Below, in pieces: positions 37,543 through 51,110 of a stretch of 64,000 nucleotides of DNA. A program made the translations under genes and the position numbers. Positions within the stretch are counted from its first letter, which is position 1, and each line of letters opens with the position of its first letter. The notes beneath the pieces were generated by a model. The model saw only the letters and a list, made by a program, of their open reading frames with translations. It did no database searches and was not told the origin of the DNA. The stretch is from Chiloscyllium plagiosum (taxonomy: Eukaryota), in assembly GCF_004010195.1 (NCBI RefSeq), contig NC_057759.1, positions 4,400,665 through 4,464,664 of the forward strand. Direction: 5' to 3'.

Positions 37543-40038
37543 CATGACAGATTAACCTCATTTTCAGTGGTGTATACTTTTGTGGAGCACCTTGGAAAAT
37601 TGCTTTGAAAGTCCTTCACTGTTTGGCAATTGTCCCACCATAAAGTCTGCTTCCAGTCTACTTTAGCTAACTCCTCCCTCATCCTATTGTGGTCTCCTTT
37701 GTTTGAGCACAGGACTCTGGTATTGGGTTTTCATCTTCTTTCTTTCCATCTGTATTCTAAATTCAACCATACTGTGATCACTCCTTCCAAGAGGATCCGT
37801 AACTATGACATCTTTAATTAATCCCGTCTTCTTACAACGGACCAGATCCAGAGTAGTTTAGTCCCTCGTCAGTTCCATTACGTACTGTTCAAGAAAACTA
37901 TTGTGGATACATTCAATGAACTCCTCCTCAAGGCTCTATTCATCCACCCGGTTTCACCAATTGACATGTAGATTAAAGTCCCCTATGAAATTACCATACC
38001 ATTTTTAGAGGCATTAGTTATTCCTATGTTCATTGCCATCCCCAATGTGATGTTATTATTTGTTGCCGTGTAGGCTATGCCACACAGTGACTTATTTTTC
38101 TTTGCGTTTCTATTTTCCACTCAAACGGATTAAACCTTATTCTTCATGGAACCTATATCACCATAGCTCTAATATCATTCATAAATATCAGAGTTACACC
38201 ACCTCCCTTCTCTTTCTGTCTGTCCTTCCAAACAGTCTGATACCCTCTGGATATTTAACTCCCAGACGTGACCATCTTGTGATCCTGTTTCCATAATAGC
38301 TACTAAATCATACTCATTCACAATGAACTCAACTACCTCGTTTTGAATGCCACGAGCATTCAGGTAAAGTGCCTTTATGCTAATTTTTTACACTTTTTGA
38401 ATTCTAATTTCCACTAATATCTCCTGACTTGTCCTTCCTTTTAACATCTTTCATAGTCTTGGATGTAGTTAAACCCTTCTGCACAAATGCTAATCTGCTG
38501 CTTTCTTTTCTATTTACCATGATATTTCCTGTCGTTTCTCTCCCCTCTGCCCCCAAAACCCTCCATCACTAAAGCCCCAGTGATCACCTCATTTCTCCTT
38601 TTCGCTAGAATACTGGTTCCAGATCAGTTCAGGTGGAGACCGTCCCAAGAGATCCCTCCTGTTCCAAAACTGATACCAATGCCCCTTGAAATGGAGCCCC
38701 TCGTTCCCATACCACTCTTTTAGGAACGTGTTTAATTCCCTAATTTTCTTTTACCTAAACCAATTTGCACATGGCTTGAGTAGTAATCTGGAGATTATAA
38801 CCCTTGAGGACCTGTTCCTTAATTTTGTTCCCCGTGCTTAATAATCCTCAAACAGGTCCTCCTTCCTATCCTTGCCTATGATGTTTATACCAACGTGTAC
38901 CAGAATAACTGGATCCTTGTCCTCCCACTTAAATATCCTTTCAAGAAGGCCAGAGATGTTCGTCACCCAAGCATGGGGCAGGCAATACACCCTGCAGGAC
39001 TCTCGATCTTGCTTCCAAAGATGCTGTCAATACTCCCAGTTAAAGAATCCCCTACAACTACTTTTTGCTCTCCCCTCTTGAATGACCTCCAGGAAAGTGG
39101 TTATTAAAAATACAGATCAGACTGAAGAGCTTTGAATTGAGGCACTGCTTGTGCACAATCAACTGCAGTAGGCAGATTGCATCAACTGCACGTCTGACAC
39201 AGGACTTCCAAAGCAAGCATCCTCATGGAAAAAGATTTCCAGGTTGGCAGATAAATGTGTTCAGTATGACTCCACATTTTCTCTTAAAAACAAAAATGGA
39301 ATGCCCACAATCACTTGGGGGAAACTTTGGCCAAATACCATGCAATTTGGCAAAGAAGTATCATTGAAGAAGTCAACAATTTTGAGTATCTGAAGTATCC
39401 CCAAATGGAAAACAAGGGTTATCATTGGAAGAAGCATGTGAAAATGTACCCATCACACCCACACTTGCTTCAGCAAATATCATCTGCCCCACATGGGCAG
39501 TACTTGCGGATTCAGCATTAAATGATTCAATAATCTCAGGACGCATAGAAAAAGAATTCTCCTTGATGCATAGTCACTGCTCAAGAAGAACAATATGGTT
39601 TTGTAAGTACAGGATAAACATTTCAAACATATTATTCTATATGGTCTGAATATACTTCCCAGTTCATATATATTAATCACTATATCCCACATATTCCCTA
39701 TTGTTTAATTTTGGACCGCTAATTCATCTGATGACCTCTTTGCTATTAGCCCAAATCTCCTTCCCTGAAGATGCTTCTGGTATTCACTGTCACAGTCACC
39801 TATTTTGCTGCTCCCCCAAAAGCTGTAACCCAGGTCTCTAAGTCCTTATAAAAACCGCCAAAAATACGGCCGGTGTAAATGAGAAACAAAAACAGGAATT
39901 GTTGGAAAAGCTGAACAAGTCTTGCAGCATCTGTGAAGAGAAAGCAGAGTTAACATTTCAGGACTCCTGTTCCCACCAGGTTCCGACCCACACTTTTCAT
40001 TCAAATCCCGGAGACAGGACACCAGTAGCTTCATGGGG

Positions 40039-40580
40039 ACTACAACTCCCACAATCCCTGTCGCTGCTGCTTATGTGACAGTTTCACGCTCTGAACCGAC
40101 AAAGCGTATACTACGCATGTGCGACATCGATTTGGGGGCAGGGACAGCTCCTTCTATGTCATTGGTCAGTTATCACAGCAGGCACTTTGTCTACTGGCAA
40201 AAGCATTCAAAAGTCAAAAGAGAAAATGCTGGAAAATCTCAGCAGGTCTGGCAGTATTTGTAAGGAGAGAAAAGAGCTGACGTTTCAAGTCTAACTGACC
40301 TTCAGTTAGACTTGAAATGTCAGCTCTTTTCTCTCCTTACAGATGCTGCCAGACCTGCTGAGATTTTCCAGCACTTTCTCTTTTGGTTTCTGATTCCAGC
40401 ATCCGCAGTTATTTGCTTGTAAGCAGCATTCAAAAGTCAGTTCGTCACGTCCGCTGCTGTCCTACGTGATTCCGTCTTCCATCCCAGCACCATCAAAAGC
40501 GGCAAAGTTACCAATGAAAAGCACGGGAAACAATCTGGACCTCCAGCCAATCAGAACGCCCTATTTGTCTGAGCGCGAAC
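40039..40580. promoter_or_regulatory. Orphan CpG-containing promoter-like region (ZNF143/Staf site, NRF1-like motif, CCAAT boxes)
   Basis: ACTACAACTCCCACAATCC 40039-40057; CGCATGTGCG 40114-40123; ATTGG 40161; CCAAT 40511 and 40547. Confidence 0.55.
40217..40424. mobile_element. Foldback PLE-end-like insertion (family 4) with 15-bp TSD
   Basis: AGCATTCAAAAGTCA at 40202-40216 and 40425-40439; ~80-bp near-perfect inverted arms centred at ~40300. Confidence 0.85.
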
Positions 40581-41884
40581 GTGTAACCATGACTTTGGAA
40601 AGCTGCTCCGTCCTACTCAGCAAGAGCTGGTGCTGCTGATCTTTGAATGAAGATGGAGCTTAACTCGGACTGACACTTCCTCCTTTCTCCCACATCTGTG
40701 AGCAAACCTTTTCTCCCGGTTTCTTCTTTTTAAAGTTCTGGTATGAAATTATCTATTTGCAGCAACTGAAAGAGAAAGGAAATGAACCCAGGGAGGGACA
40801 GAATCTGTCCAGGGCAATAAATGATGATTACTTAGATTTGATTGTTCTGAATTTCTAACCGAATAGTGATGACTTTTATAACTCTTTTTGCAGGATGTTA
40901 GAAGGGGAAGATTTTCAGACAGAAATCTCAAAACAACCGTTACTTGAAGATCTTATAGAGTCACTAAAATAACTGGCACTTAAATATCATTGTCTGAAAA
41001 CCATAGATCAAGTATGTCTCTCTGGTTCAGAAGATTTGAAACAACAGTTTGGTCAGAAAAGAACTGAGACATACTTATCAACCGCGAGTCTTTCAGTGAA
41101 TTGATAAACCTTTAAACAGTCTCATACCTGAAAGAAACATAACACCATTCATAGTATGAACTTAGAGACATAAGGCCACCCGGGAAGGAAAAGCGCCGAG
41201 GGAGAGCGGACTGTGTCAACATGTCCCGTTCCCAAGTGTCAGGATGGTGGCTATTGGGGGGAACAGGAGAGATTCCCCTCTCAGTGAGGCATCTTGTACA
41301 AACCGCGAGGTCTCTCTCCATCTCCCTGTCTCTATATATCTATCTCTCTCTCTGTGTTTGACTGTCCGTGGCTTGCTTTAACTCTTTGACTATGTCGATT
41401 AATCTCGATGACTCTGTGATCTTGAGTTTCTCTATGACCATGTTTCTTTATGACCATGCCCCTTCATATATCTATTTCTCTCTGTTTCTCACTGCCTTTC
41501 TATGATTTTGCGGAGAGGTGCGAGGGAGGAGTGAAGGACTTCTGGGAAGGTTTTAAGTGGGAAGTGCACCCAGCTCTAGCTCCTCGAAAACCGACTTAGG
41601 GAACTGGAGCTGATGAACTACGGATCATCCGGGAGGCTGAGAGAGAAATTGAGAGGATGTACAGGGAGGTGGTCACTCCCCAGACACAGGATAAGGACAA
41701 CTGGGTTACTGTCAGCGGGAGGAAAGGGAACCGATGGTCAGAGCAGGGATCCCCTGTGGCCGTTCCCTTCAGCAATAAGTATACCGTTTTGGATACTGCT
41801 GGTGGGGATAGCCTACCAGGGGAAAACCATAGTTGTCAGGTCTCTGGCACTGTGGCTCAGAAGGGAAGGGGAGAAAATAGGGGA

Positions 41885-42082
41885 GAAAGTGAGGTCTGCA
41901 GATGCTGGAGATCAGAGCTGAAAATGTGTTGCCGGAAAAGCGCAGCAGGTCAGGCAGCATCCGGGAACAGGAGAATCAACGTTTCGGGCATAAGCCCTTC
42001 CTGAAGAAGGGCTTATGCCCGAAACATCGATTCTCCTGTTCCCTGGATACTGCCTGACCTGCTGCGCTTTTCCGGCAACACA
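41885..42082. mobile_element. Foldback PLE-end insertion (family 1) in CR1 ORF1, 14-bp direct repeat
   Basis: GAGAAAATAGGGGA at 41871-41884 and 42083-42096; ~75-bp inverted arms meeting at CTGAAGA (42001-42007). Confidence 0.85.
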
Positions 42083-42382
42083 GAGAAAATAGGGGACTCG
42101 ATAGTTCGATGGATTGACAGGAGATTTTGTGGTCAGGAATGGGACTCCGGGAAGGGATGTTGCCTCCCCAGTGCCAGGGTCCGGGATGTCGCCGATCAGG
42201 TTTCTAAGATTCTGAAGGGGGAGGGGGAGCAGCCAGAAATCGTGGTACATATTGGCACCAATGATATAGCCAGGATAGGGATTGAGGATCTGAAAAGTGA
42301 CTACAGTGAGTTAGGTTGGAAGTTGAAGAGCAGGACAAGTAGAGTAGTGATCTCAGGTTTGCAACCGATGCCACGAGATTAA

Positions 42383-42669
42383 TGGGCGGCACGGTGGCAC
42401 AGTGGTTAGCACTGCTGCCTCAAAGCACCAGAGACCCGGGTTCAATTGTCTCTGTGGAGTTTGCACATTCTCCTCGTGTCTGTGTGGGTTTCCTCCGGGT
42501 GCTCCGGTTTCCTCCCACAATCACAAAGATGTGCAGGTTAGGTGAATTGACCATGCTACGTTTCCCGTTGTGTTAGATGCAGGGGAATAGGTCTGGGTGG
42601 GCTGCTCTTCGGAGGGTTGGTGTGGACTTGTTGGGCCGAAGGGCCTGTTTCCACACTGTAAGTAATCTA
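42383..42669 (+). mobile_element. HE1/V-SINE-like SINE nested in the CR1
   Basis: gggcggcacggtggcacagtggttagcactgctgcctc...gtttccacactgtaagtaatcta. Confidence 0.9.
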
Positions 42670-45600
42670 GTCATAGTGAGATGAGGAACATTCAGCAAAT
42701 GCAGTTTAACACATGTCTGCGAGCCTGGTGCAGGAGGGAGGGCTACAGATACCTAGACAATTGGGTCACCTTCTAGGGAAGGTGGGACCTGCACATGAAG
42801 GATGGGCACAAATGTCCTGGCTGGGAGATTTGTTCGTGTGATTCTGGAGGGTTTAAACTAGTTTGGCAGGGTGGTGGGAATCAGAGCCACATGTCTGAGA
42901 GGGCAGGGACAAGATGTCTTGAATCTATCAGAAAGGTTTCTCACGCAATGAAACAAATAGGGGTCTGCTTTAATGCAAGGAGTGTCCGAAATAAGAGTGA
43001 CAAACTTAGAGCATGGATCAGTACTTGGGGCTACGATGTTGTGGTCATAATGGAGACGTGGGTTCCATAGGGGCAGGAATGGTTGCTTGATGTTCCAGGG
43101 TTTTGAATGTTTAAAAAGAACAGGGAGGGTGGAAAAAGAGGAGGGGGTGTAGCTTTGTTTCTGTAGCTGTGATGCACTCTCCGATTAGCAAAGGTTGTTG
43201 AGGAAGGTTTGTCTACTGAGTCAGTATGGGTGGAAGTTAGGAACAGCAAGGGAACAGCCACCGCATTGGGGTTTTTTCTACAGACCACCTAATCGTAGTA
43301 GAGGGATTTGAAGATTTCATAGGCGGGCAGATTCTGGAAAACTGCAGAAGTAGCAGGGTTGTTGTTATGGGTGATTTCAACTTTCCCAATATCGACTGGA
43401 ACCTCCTAAGTCCAGATGGTTTGGATGGAGCAGTTTTTGTCAGGTATGTTCAGGAGGGGTTCCTTACTCAGTATGTGGACAGGGCAACGAGGGGGAAGGC
43501 CATTTTAGATTTGATGCTCGGCAACGAGCCAGGATCGGTGTCAGATCCCACGGTGGGAGAGCACTTTGGTGAAAGTAATCACACCTGCCTCACATTTAGC
43601 ATAGCCTTGGAGTGGAAAAGCAGCAGTTACCGAGGGAAGAAATTTAATTTGGGGAAAGGAAATTATAACGTTATCAGACAAGATTTGGGAAGTACAGACT
43701 AGGAGCAATTGTTCCACAGAAAGGGCACAGAAGACATGTGGAGACTATTTAAGGAGCAGTTGTTGTGAGGATGCACGAATTTGTTCCTCTGAGACAGGTA
43801 AGATGGGGTAAGATTAAGGAAACTTGGATGACAAGAACAGAGGAACTTCTCGTCAAAAGGAAGAAGGCAGCTTACGTAAGGTGGAGGGAGTAAGGATCTA
43901 GCACAGCTTTAGATGATTCCAGGCTTGCTCGAAATGAGCTGAGAAATGGACTGAGGAGAGCCAGGAGGGGGCACGAAAAAGGCTTGGCAAGAAGGATTAG
44001 GGAGAACCCAAAGACATTTTACTCATACGTGAGGAATAAGAGAATGATCAGGGAGAAGGTAGGGCCGATCAGGGTGAGTCTGAGCAGCTAGGGGAAGCCC
44101 TAAATGAGAGTTTTGCTTCAGTTTTCACCAAGGAAAGGGAACTTGTTGTAAATGAAAACTTAGAGGAGTGGGGTTACAGTCTTGACCAGATCAAGATTGA
44201 TGAAGTTGATTTGCTAGAAACTTTGGAAAACATTAAGATTGATCAGTCCCCAGGGCCAGACCAGATTTATCCTAGGCTACTCCAGGAAGCAAGAAAGGAC
44301 GTTGCTAAGCTGCTGGCGAGGATATGTATCTCCTCCCTCTCCACAGAAGTTGTACCGGTGGATTGGAAGGAGGCTAATGTTGTTCCTCTTTTCAAGAAGG
44401 GTAATAGGGAAATCCCTGGCAATTACAGATCAGTCAGTCTTACGTCTGTGGTCAGCAAAGTTTTGGAAAGAATTCGAAGGGTTAGGACTTATGACTATTT
44501 GGCTAAGTATGGTGTGATTAAAGGCAGTCAGCATGGCTTTGTGAGGGGCAGTTCATGACTCACAAATTTTATTGAGTTCTTTGAGGAGGTGTTAAGACAG
44601 GTCAATGACGGTCGAGCAGTGGATGTGGTATATATGGACTTCAGCTAGGCATTTGATAAGGTTCCCCATGGTAGGCTCATTCATAAAGTCAGGAAGTATG
44701 GGATGCATGGAGATTTGGCTATCTGGATTCAGAACTGGCTAGCTGACAGTGGTTGTAGATGGAAAATATTCTGCCTGGAGGTTGGTGTTGAGTGGGGTAC
44801 CGCAGGGCTCTGTTCTTAGGCCTCTGCTCTTTGTAGTTTATATAAATGACTTGGATGAGAAGGTTGAGGGGTGAGTTAGTAAATTTGCAGATAACACAAT
44901 GGTTGGAGGTGTCATTGATAGTATAGAGAGCTAGTGCAGGCTGCAGCACGACATGGACAGGATACAGAGCTGGGCTGAGAAATGGCAGATGAAGTTGAAC
45001 CTGGATAAATGCGAAGTGATGCATTTTAGAAAGTTGAACTCGAATGTTGAATATAGGATTAAAGACAGGATTCTTGGCTGTGTGGAGGAACAGAGAGATC
45101 TGGGTGTGCAAGTACATAGATCTCTCAAAGTTGCCACTCAAGTGGATAGGGTTGTTAAGAAAGCATATGGTATTTGGCTTTCATTAGCAGCGGGATCGAG
45201 TTTAAGAGCCACGAGGTTTTGCTTGCAGCTCTCCAATTCCTTGGTGAGACCACACTTGGAATATTGGTTGCCCTTCTATCAGAAAGATACAGAGGCTTTG
45301 GAGAGGGTGCAAAGAAGGTTTACCAGGATGCTGCCTGGACTGGAGGGCTTGCCTTATGAAGAAAGGTTGCATAAGCTCAGACTTTTCTCTCTGGGGAGAA
45401 GGAGGAAGAGATGAGATCTGATCGAGGCGTACAAAATAATGAGAGGAATAGATAGAGTCAATAGCCAGAGACCTTTCCCCAGGGCAAGATTGAGTGGTAC
45501 GAGGAGTCATAGTTTGAAGATATTAGGAGGAAGGTATAAAGGAGACGTCAGAGGTAGGTTCTTTACCCAGAGAGTTATGAATGCATGGAATGTGTTGCCA

Positions 45601-46234
45601 GCTGTGGTAGTGGGAGCAGAGTCATTACGGACATTTAAGAGACTGCTAGAAATGCACATGGATAGCAGTGAGTTGAGGGGTGTGTAGATTAAGTTACTAT
45701 GTTTTACATTAGGATTAAGCCTTGGCACAACATCGTGGGCCAACAGGCCTGTTCTGTGCTGTACTTTCCTATGCTCTATGATCCTCTGACTCTCTGTGAC
45801 CCTGTAACTCTCTCTGAGTGTATAGTGGGAGTACTGTTTGTTGCTGAGCACAATAGTTCCCGCCTTAGAAAAGTTCCTAACAGTTTGGTTTAATCACAGG
45901 TATTCCTGTGTCATTCCTAGAGCTGAGTGCCCACCTGGAAACGTGGTAGTGGAAGGAGACAGCACCCCTTTAAACCGCTTGTTTTGACCCCAATTCATTA
46001 TATTTTCCAGAAGGATGGTGAGGAGATTTACTGGGAATACTCCAACCACAACAGAATCATACACACAATCATCAATATCAGCAAAAGTCAAGAGGACTAT
46101 CACTGACCTGTTTCTAACCAGCAAGCAGTCTCTTCTGAACAGCAAATTAGTTGCCGATTCAGTGATCAGTAAGTTTGTAAGCAACTCTATACAAATCCAC
46201 ATTATCTGAGTAATGTGATAGCACTGGGGCAGCA

Positions 46235-47080
46235 TGCAGAGGGAGATTTACCAGGATTTTACTTTGGGGCTGGAGAGAGATTGGATAGACTGTGGTTGTT
46301 TTCCTGAGAGTAGAGGAGATTGAGTGTGGTGACATGATTGAGATGTATAAAATAATGGGTGTAGATAGGGTGGATAGGAAGAAACTTTTCCCCCCTTAAT
46401 GGAGGGATCAATGACTAGGGGAGGGGCATAGATTGAAAATAAGGGGTAGGAGGTTTGGAGAGGGATGTGGGGAAAACATTTTCACCCAGAGGGTAGTGGG
46501 GAATCTGGAACTCACTGCCTGTAAGGGTGAGAGTGGCAGAAATCTTCATCACATTGAAGAAAGATTTAGATGTTCACTTGCGATGCCAAGGCTAGAGTCA
46601 GATTAAGTGGTCCTTGATGTTTCACTTGTATTTTCTTGCAGAAATATGAGCTTGGGTAAGGTGAATAGCCAAGGTCTTTTCCCCAGGGCATGGGAGTCCA
46701 AAACTAGAGGGCATTGGTTTAAGGTTAGAGGGGAAAGATTTAAAACCGACCAGAGGGGTAACTTCTTCACACAGATGGTGGTGCATATTTGGAATGAGCT
46801 GCCAGAGGAAGTGGTAGAAGTGGATACAATAACAACCTCTAAAAGAGATTTGGAAAGATACATGGATAGGAAAGATTTAGATGGGTATGGGCCAAAGGCA
46901 AACAAATTAGACTAGTTTCATTTGTGAGACCTGGTCAGCATGGACGCATTGGGCTGACGGGTCTATTTCCGTACTGTATGACCCTATGACTGGGAAAATT
47001 ATATTAGAGAATAAAGTTGGTTGCTTTTGACTGGCATGGATTCAGTTTGCTGAAAATCCTGTTTCTGTGCTGTCTCTGAC
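46235..47080 (+). mobile_element. Two CR1-like 3' fragments
   Basis: KTRGHWFKVRGERFKTDQRGNFFTQMVVHIWNELPEEVV. Confidence 0.8.
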
Positions 47081-47149
47081 TCTACAATTCCTTGTTAAGC
47101 AATCCATCAGAGAAAGGTAGAAGCTTAGACAAGCTGGGGGAGGCTGACA

Positions 47150-47285
47150 TTAACACCAAAGATGTTCATAGTAGGGTGGGATTGGGGACAGTGATGGTAA
47201 CCCCCAGGATGTTGACAGTACGGTAGGGGTGGGGACAGTGACAGTAACCCCCAAGATGTTGATTGTGGGGATGGGCATAGTGATC
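47150..47285 (+). repeat. Three imperfect ~45-bp tandem units
   Basis: aaccccca(a/g)gatgttga...tggggacagtga recurs. Confidence 0.65.
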
Positions 47286-48443
47286 TTCTTCTACCTTGAT
47301 CTTGTCATCTTCTACCTAGGAACTGTTGAAGAAAACTCTCGACACTCAGACCTTGAGAACTGATTAGTTTATTCCATGATAGATCATGGGGAATTCACCA
47401 TCCTAACTGTGGCTCGGTGCTATTCTGAAGTACATCAGGATACTACAGGATTATATAGAGAAAGCAGATAGAGGCTGATAATCGATTACACAGTTTGGTA
47501 TGCTTACAAGGTGGTACTAAATTAGAGGTTAGTCATTAGAGTCAAACCTAAGCACCATTATGCATTCCACAAGTATTTACACAGATTGCTAACACTAAGC
47601 AGAGATGCTCTCCACCACATCTCCTCCACTTCCTGCACCTCCGCCCTTGAACCCCGCCCCTCCAATTGCCACCAGGACAGAACCCCTCTGGTCCTCACCT
47701 TCCACCCCACCAACCTCCGGATACATCGTATCATCCTCCGTCATTTCTGCCACCTCCAAACAGACGCCACCACCAGGGATATACTTCCCTCCCCACCCCT
47801 ACCAGCGTTCCAGAGAGACAACTCCCTCCGCGACTCCCTTGTCAGGTCCACACCCCCCACCAACCCAACCTCCACTCCCGGCACTTTTCACTGCAACCGC
47901 AAGAAGTGCAAAACTTGCGCCCACACCTCCCTCCAAGTCCCCAATGGATCCTTCCATATCCGTCGCAAATTCACCTGCACCTCTACATACATCATTTACT
48001 GTATCCGCTGCACCCGATGTAGTCTCCTCCACATTGGGGAGACAGGCCGCCTACTTGTGGAACGTTTCAGGGAACACCTCTGGGACCCCTGCACCAACCA
48101 ACCCAAGCGCCAGTGGCTGAACACTTTAACTCCCCCTCCCACTCTGCCAAGGACATGCAGGTCCTCGGCCTCCTCCATCGCCAGATCCTGGCCACACGAC
48201 GCCTGGAGGAAGAGTGCCTCATCTTCTACCTAGGAACCCTCCAACCACACAGGATGAATGTAGATTTCTCCAGCTTCCTCATTTCCCCTCCCCCCCGCCT
48301 TATCTCAGCCCCAACCCCCGGATTCAGCACCGCCCTCTTGATTTGCAATCTTCTTCCCAACCTCTCCGCCCCCATCGCCTCTCCGGCCTATCACCCTCAC
48401 CCTCAACTCCTTCCACCTATCGTATTCCCAGCTCCCCTCCCCC

Positions 48444-48943
48444 NNNNNNNNNNNNNNNNNNNNNNNNNNNNNNNNNNNNNNNNNNNNNNNNNNNNNNNNN
48501 NNNNNNNNNNNNNNNNNNNNNNNNNNNNNNNNNNNNNNNNNNNNNNNNNNNNNNNNNNNNNNNNNNNNNNNNNNNNNNNNNNNNNNNNNNNNNNNNNNNN
48601 NNNNNNNNNNNNNNNNNNNNNNNNNNNNNNNNNNNNNNNNNNNNNNNNNNNNNNNNNNNNNNNNNNNNNNNNNNNNNNNNNNNNNNNNNNNNNNNNNNNN
48701 NNNNNNNNNNNNNNNNNNNNNNNNNNNNNNNNNNNNNNNNNNNNNNNNNNNNNNNNNNNNNNNNNNNNNNNNNNNNNNNNNNNNNNNNNNNNNNNNNNNN
48801 NNNNNNNNNNNNNNNNNNNNNNNNNNNNNNNNNNNNNNNNNNNNNNNNNNNNNNNNNNNNNNNNNNNNNNNNNNNNNNNNNNNNNNNNNNNNNNNNNNNN
48901 NNNNNNNNNNNNNNNNNNNNNNNNNNNNNNNNNNNNNNNNNNN
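48444..48943. other. Assembly gap (500 N)
   Basis: Run of N. Confidence 1.
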
Positions 48944-48957
48944 GGCACACCAGCCTC

Positions 48958-48993
48958 ATTCCTGATGAAGGGCTTATGTCCGAAACGTTGATT
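48958..48993 (+). ncRNA. Minimal hammerhead motif (PLE family 1)
   Basis: ATTC CTGATGA A GGGC TTAT GTCC GAAA CG TT GATT. Confidence 0.7.
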
Positions 48994-49798
48994 CTCCTGC
49001 TCCTCAGATGCTGCCTGGCCTGCTGCGCTTTTCCAGCAACACACTTTTCAACTCCTCCCTTGGGTGTTACCAACTTCTAGGTTTTTGGAAAGGAAAGGGA
49101 GTTTGGAAACGAAGCCATGTTGGTTTTCACTGGATGGATGATGATGGTGGAATTAAAGTGATAGGGACCTACCAGACGACAGCAAGAACTGTTACCAATA
49201 TCAGTGAATGGGAGGAGGTTGGATGCTCGGCAATTGAGTGGGAAAATGGTCAAGAGACGAGAAGTAGGTTCTCATGTACACGAGGAGCTCCCAAGGTTGG
49301 AGAGAAGCTGGAGGAAGTTGAGTATTCAGGACTCGGACAAGGTGAAACTTCAGAGACAATTTCAGGGAAAGGAGGGACATGGAAGAGACACCTGCTCAGA
49401 TTATCTCAATCTGAATGACAAAGAAGCTCCATGAGCTCCTTACAAGATGGAGGAGAGAGAAAGGGAACCTTTTCAAAAGAAAGTGCAAAGGACAGTAGAA
49501 AGTGTTAGCGAACTGGGTGTTTACCATAAATTTGATATAATTGACTTTTTATCCCATTATAAACACCTGTAACCAAGCTAGAATTTCCACAAGGTCAATT
49601 GAGAAATACTACAATGAAACAAATTGGATGCTGGATATGATTAACAGCAAATTCCAACTCCTTCAGTTATGGAAGTTACTCTGGCAGTTATATAGTTAAC
49701 TTAGTGTTGTAATGCATGCCCGGGATCATTTTACAGGGCTCCAGTAACAGATAATGATAGTTGTTGTGGTTCTGTTCGCCGAGCTGGAAGTTTTTGTT

Positions 49799-49838
49799 GC
49801 AAACGTTTCGTCCCCTGGCTAGGCGACATCATCAGTGC
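49799..49838 (-). ncRNA. Minimal hammerhead motif (PLE family 3)
   Basis: Minus strand GCA CTGATGA T GTCGCCT AGCC AGGGGAC GAAA CG TT TGC. Confidence 0.75.
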
Positions 49839-50418
49839 TTGGGAGCCTCCTGCGAAGCGCTTCTTTGATGTTTCCTCCGGTGTTTATAGTGGTCTGTCCC
49901 TGCCGCTTCCGGTTGTCAGTTTCAGCTGTCCGCTGTAGTGGTTGGTATGAATGCCATGCCTCTAGGAATTCCCTGGCTGTTCTCTGTTTGGCTTGCCCTA
50001 TGATAGTAATGTTGTCCCAGTAGTGTTGTCCCAGTAGTGTACAAAATACCATGCAAGGACTGCACTAATCACTATATAGGACAAACAGGAAGACAGCTAA
50101 CAATCTGCATACATGAACATCAACTAGCCACGAAACGACACGACCAGCTATCCTTAGTAGCCACACACACAGACAACAAGCAACATGAATTCGACTGGGA
50201 CAACACTACTATCATAGAGCAAGCCAGACAGAGAACAGCCAGGGAATTCCTAGAGGCATGGCATTCATCCACAAACTCCATCAACAAACACATCGACCTC
50301 GACCCAATATACCAACCACTACAGCGGACAGCTGAAACTGACAACCGGAAGCGGCAGGGACAGACCACTATAAACACCGGAGGAAACAACAAAGAAGCGC
50401 TTCGCAGGAGGCTCCCAA

Positions 50419-50458
50419 GCACTGATGATGTCGCCTAACCAGGGGACGAAACGTTTGC
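50419..50458 (+). ncRNA. Minimal hammerhead motif (PLE family 3)
   Basis: GCA CTGATGA T GTCGCCT AACC AGGGGAC GAAA CG TT TGC; helix I GCA/UGC. Confidence 0.75.
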
Positions 50459-50636
50459 AACAAAAACTTCCAGCACGGCAAACAGAACCACAACAACGAG
50501 CACCCGAGCAACAAATCTTCGCACAAACTTTGACTGTTAAATAATTTAACTGTAGTTGCATCCACCACTTCCTCCAGCGGTTTATTGCACCCAGTGACCA
50601 AAGGGTGTAAAACAAAAGCTGCCACTCATGTCGACT

Positions 50637-50830
50637 GAGACAAGGTGGGGGAGGGGAAATGAGGAAACTGGTGAAATCCGAGTTCATCCCTTGTGGTTGG
50701 AGGGTTCCTAGGCGGAAGATGAGGCGCTCTTCCTCCAACCGTCGTTTTGTTGTGGTCTGGCGATGGAGGAGTCCAAAGAACTGCATATCCTTGGTGGAGT
50801 GGGAGGGGGAATTGAAATGTTGAGCCACAG
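50637..50830 (-). mobile_element. PLE family 1 GIY-YIG C-terminal fragment
   Basis: VAQHFNSPSH...LIFRLGTLQPQGMNSDF. Confidence 0.85.
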
Positions 50831-50834
50831 TCAC

Positions 50835-51110
50835 TGTTACATGAGCTAATGCTGAAGATGATGATATTATAATGTGATAGGTTAAGTGTGATGGAGGGAA
50901 CCAGCGTGGCAGATGGTGATTAGTTTAGAAAGATAAAGCAAGCCAGCATGATTAAGCGCGGGAAAAACAACTGTATAAGTTGCAGGAGAACAAAGAGCCT
51001 GTGGGGAGCCAGGGAAGACATTTAGCTGGCTCCCACAGCTTTGATTTTGCAAGATTAAAGTGTAATTTTGTGAGGATTTTCTGTGTCTCCTGGTAATTTT
51101 TTATAAAACA
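50835..51110 (+). mobile_element. Possible short solo LTR
   Basis: TGTT...AACA ends with internal TATAAG and ATTAAA. No TSD seen. Confidence 0.35.

Larger units (their letters stand above)
35140..39080 (-). mobile_element. Old CR1-like LINE (ORF1/endonuclease region) interrupted by a PLE
   Basis: MAKVNIGLLEDKKGDF...EELAEALNRYF; endonuclease- and esterase-like remnants at ~37800-39000. Confidence 0.7.
41510..45780 (+). mobile_element. Near-full-length CR1 LINE, inactivated: ORF1 SGNH esterase, ORF2 endonuclease plus RT
   Basis: IGDSIVR and VHIGTNDI; FNARSVRNK, MGDFNFPNIDW, GNYRSVSLTSVV, QHGF, DKCEVMHF, 3' (ctatg)n-type tail; many stops and frameshifts. Confidence 0.93.
47597..49055 (+). mobile_element. 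PLE family 1 (Neptune-like): linker, GIY-YIG and 3' repeat, spanning a gap
   Basis: PLVLTFHP...CNRKKCKTC...FTCTSTYIIYCIRCTRCSLLHIGETGR...LGTLQPHRMNVDF. Confidence 0.92.
49760..50530. mobile_element. Young foldback PLE family 3 (Poseidon-like GIY-YIG)
   Basis: Plus arm YKIPCKDCTNHYIGQTGRQLTICIHEH...; near-identical inverted copy of its 3' part at 49760-50020, with an internal deletion. Confidence 0.9.

Noticed and set aside
49008..49434. 136-aa ORF after the PLE
   Set aside because: It begins inside the PLE tail and has no recognisable domain.
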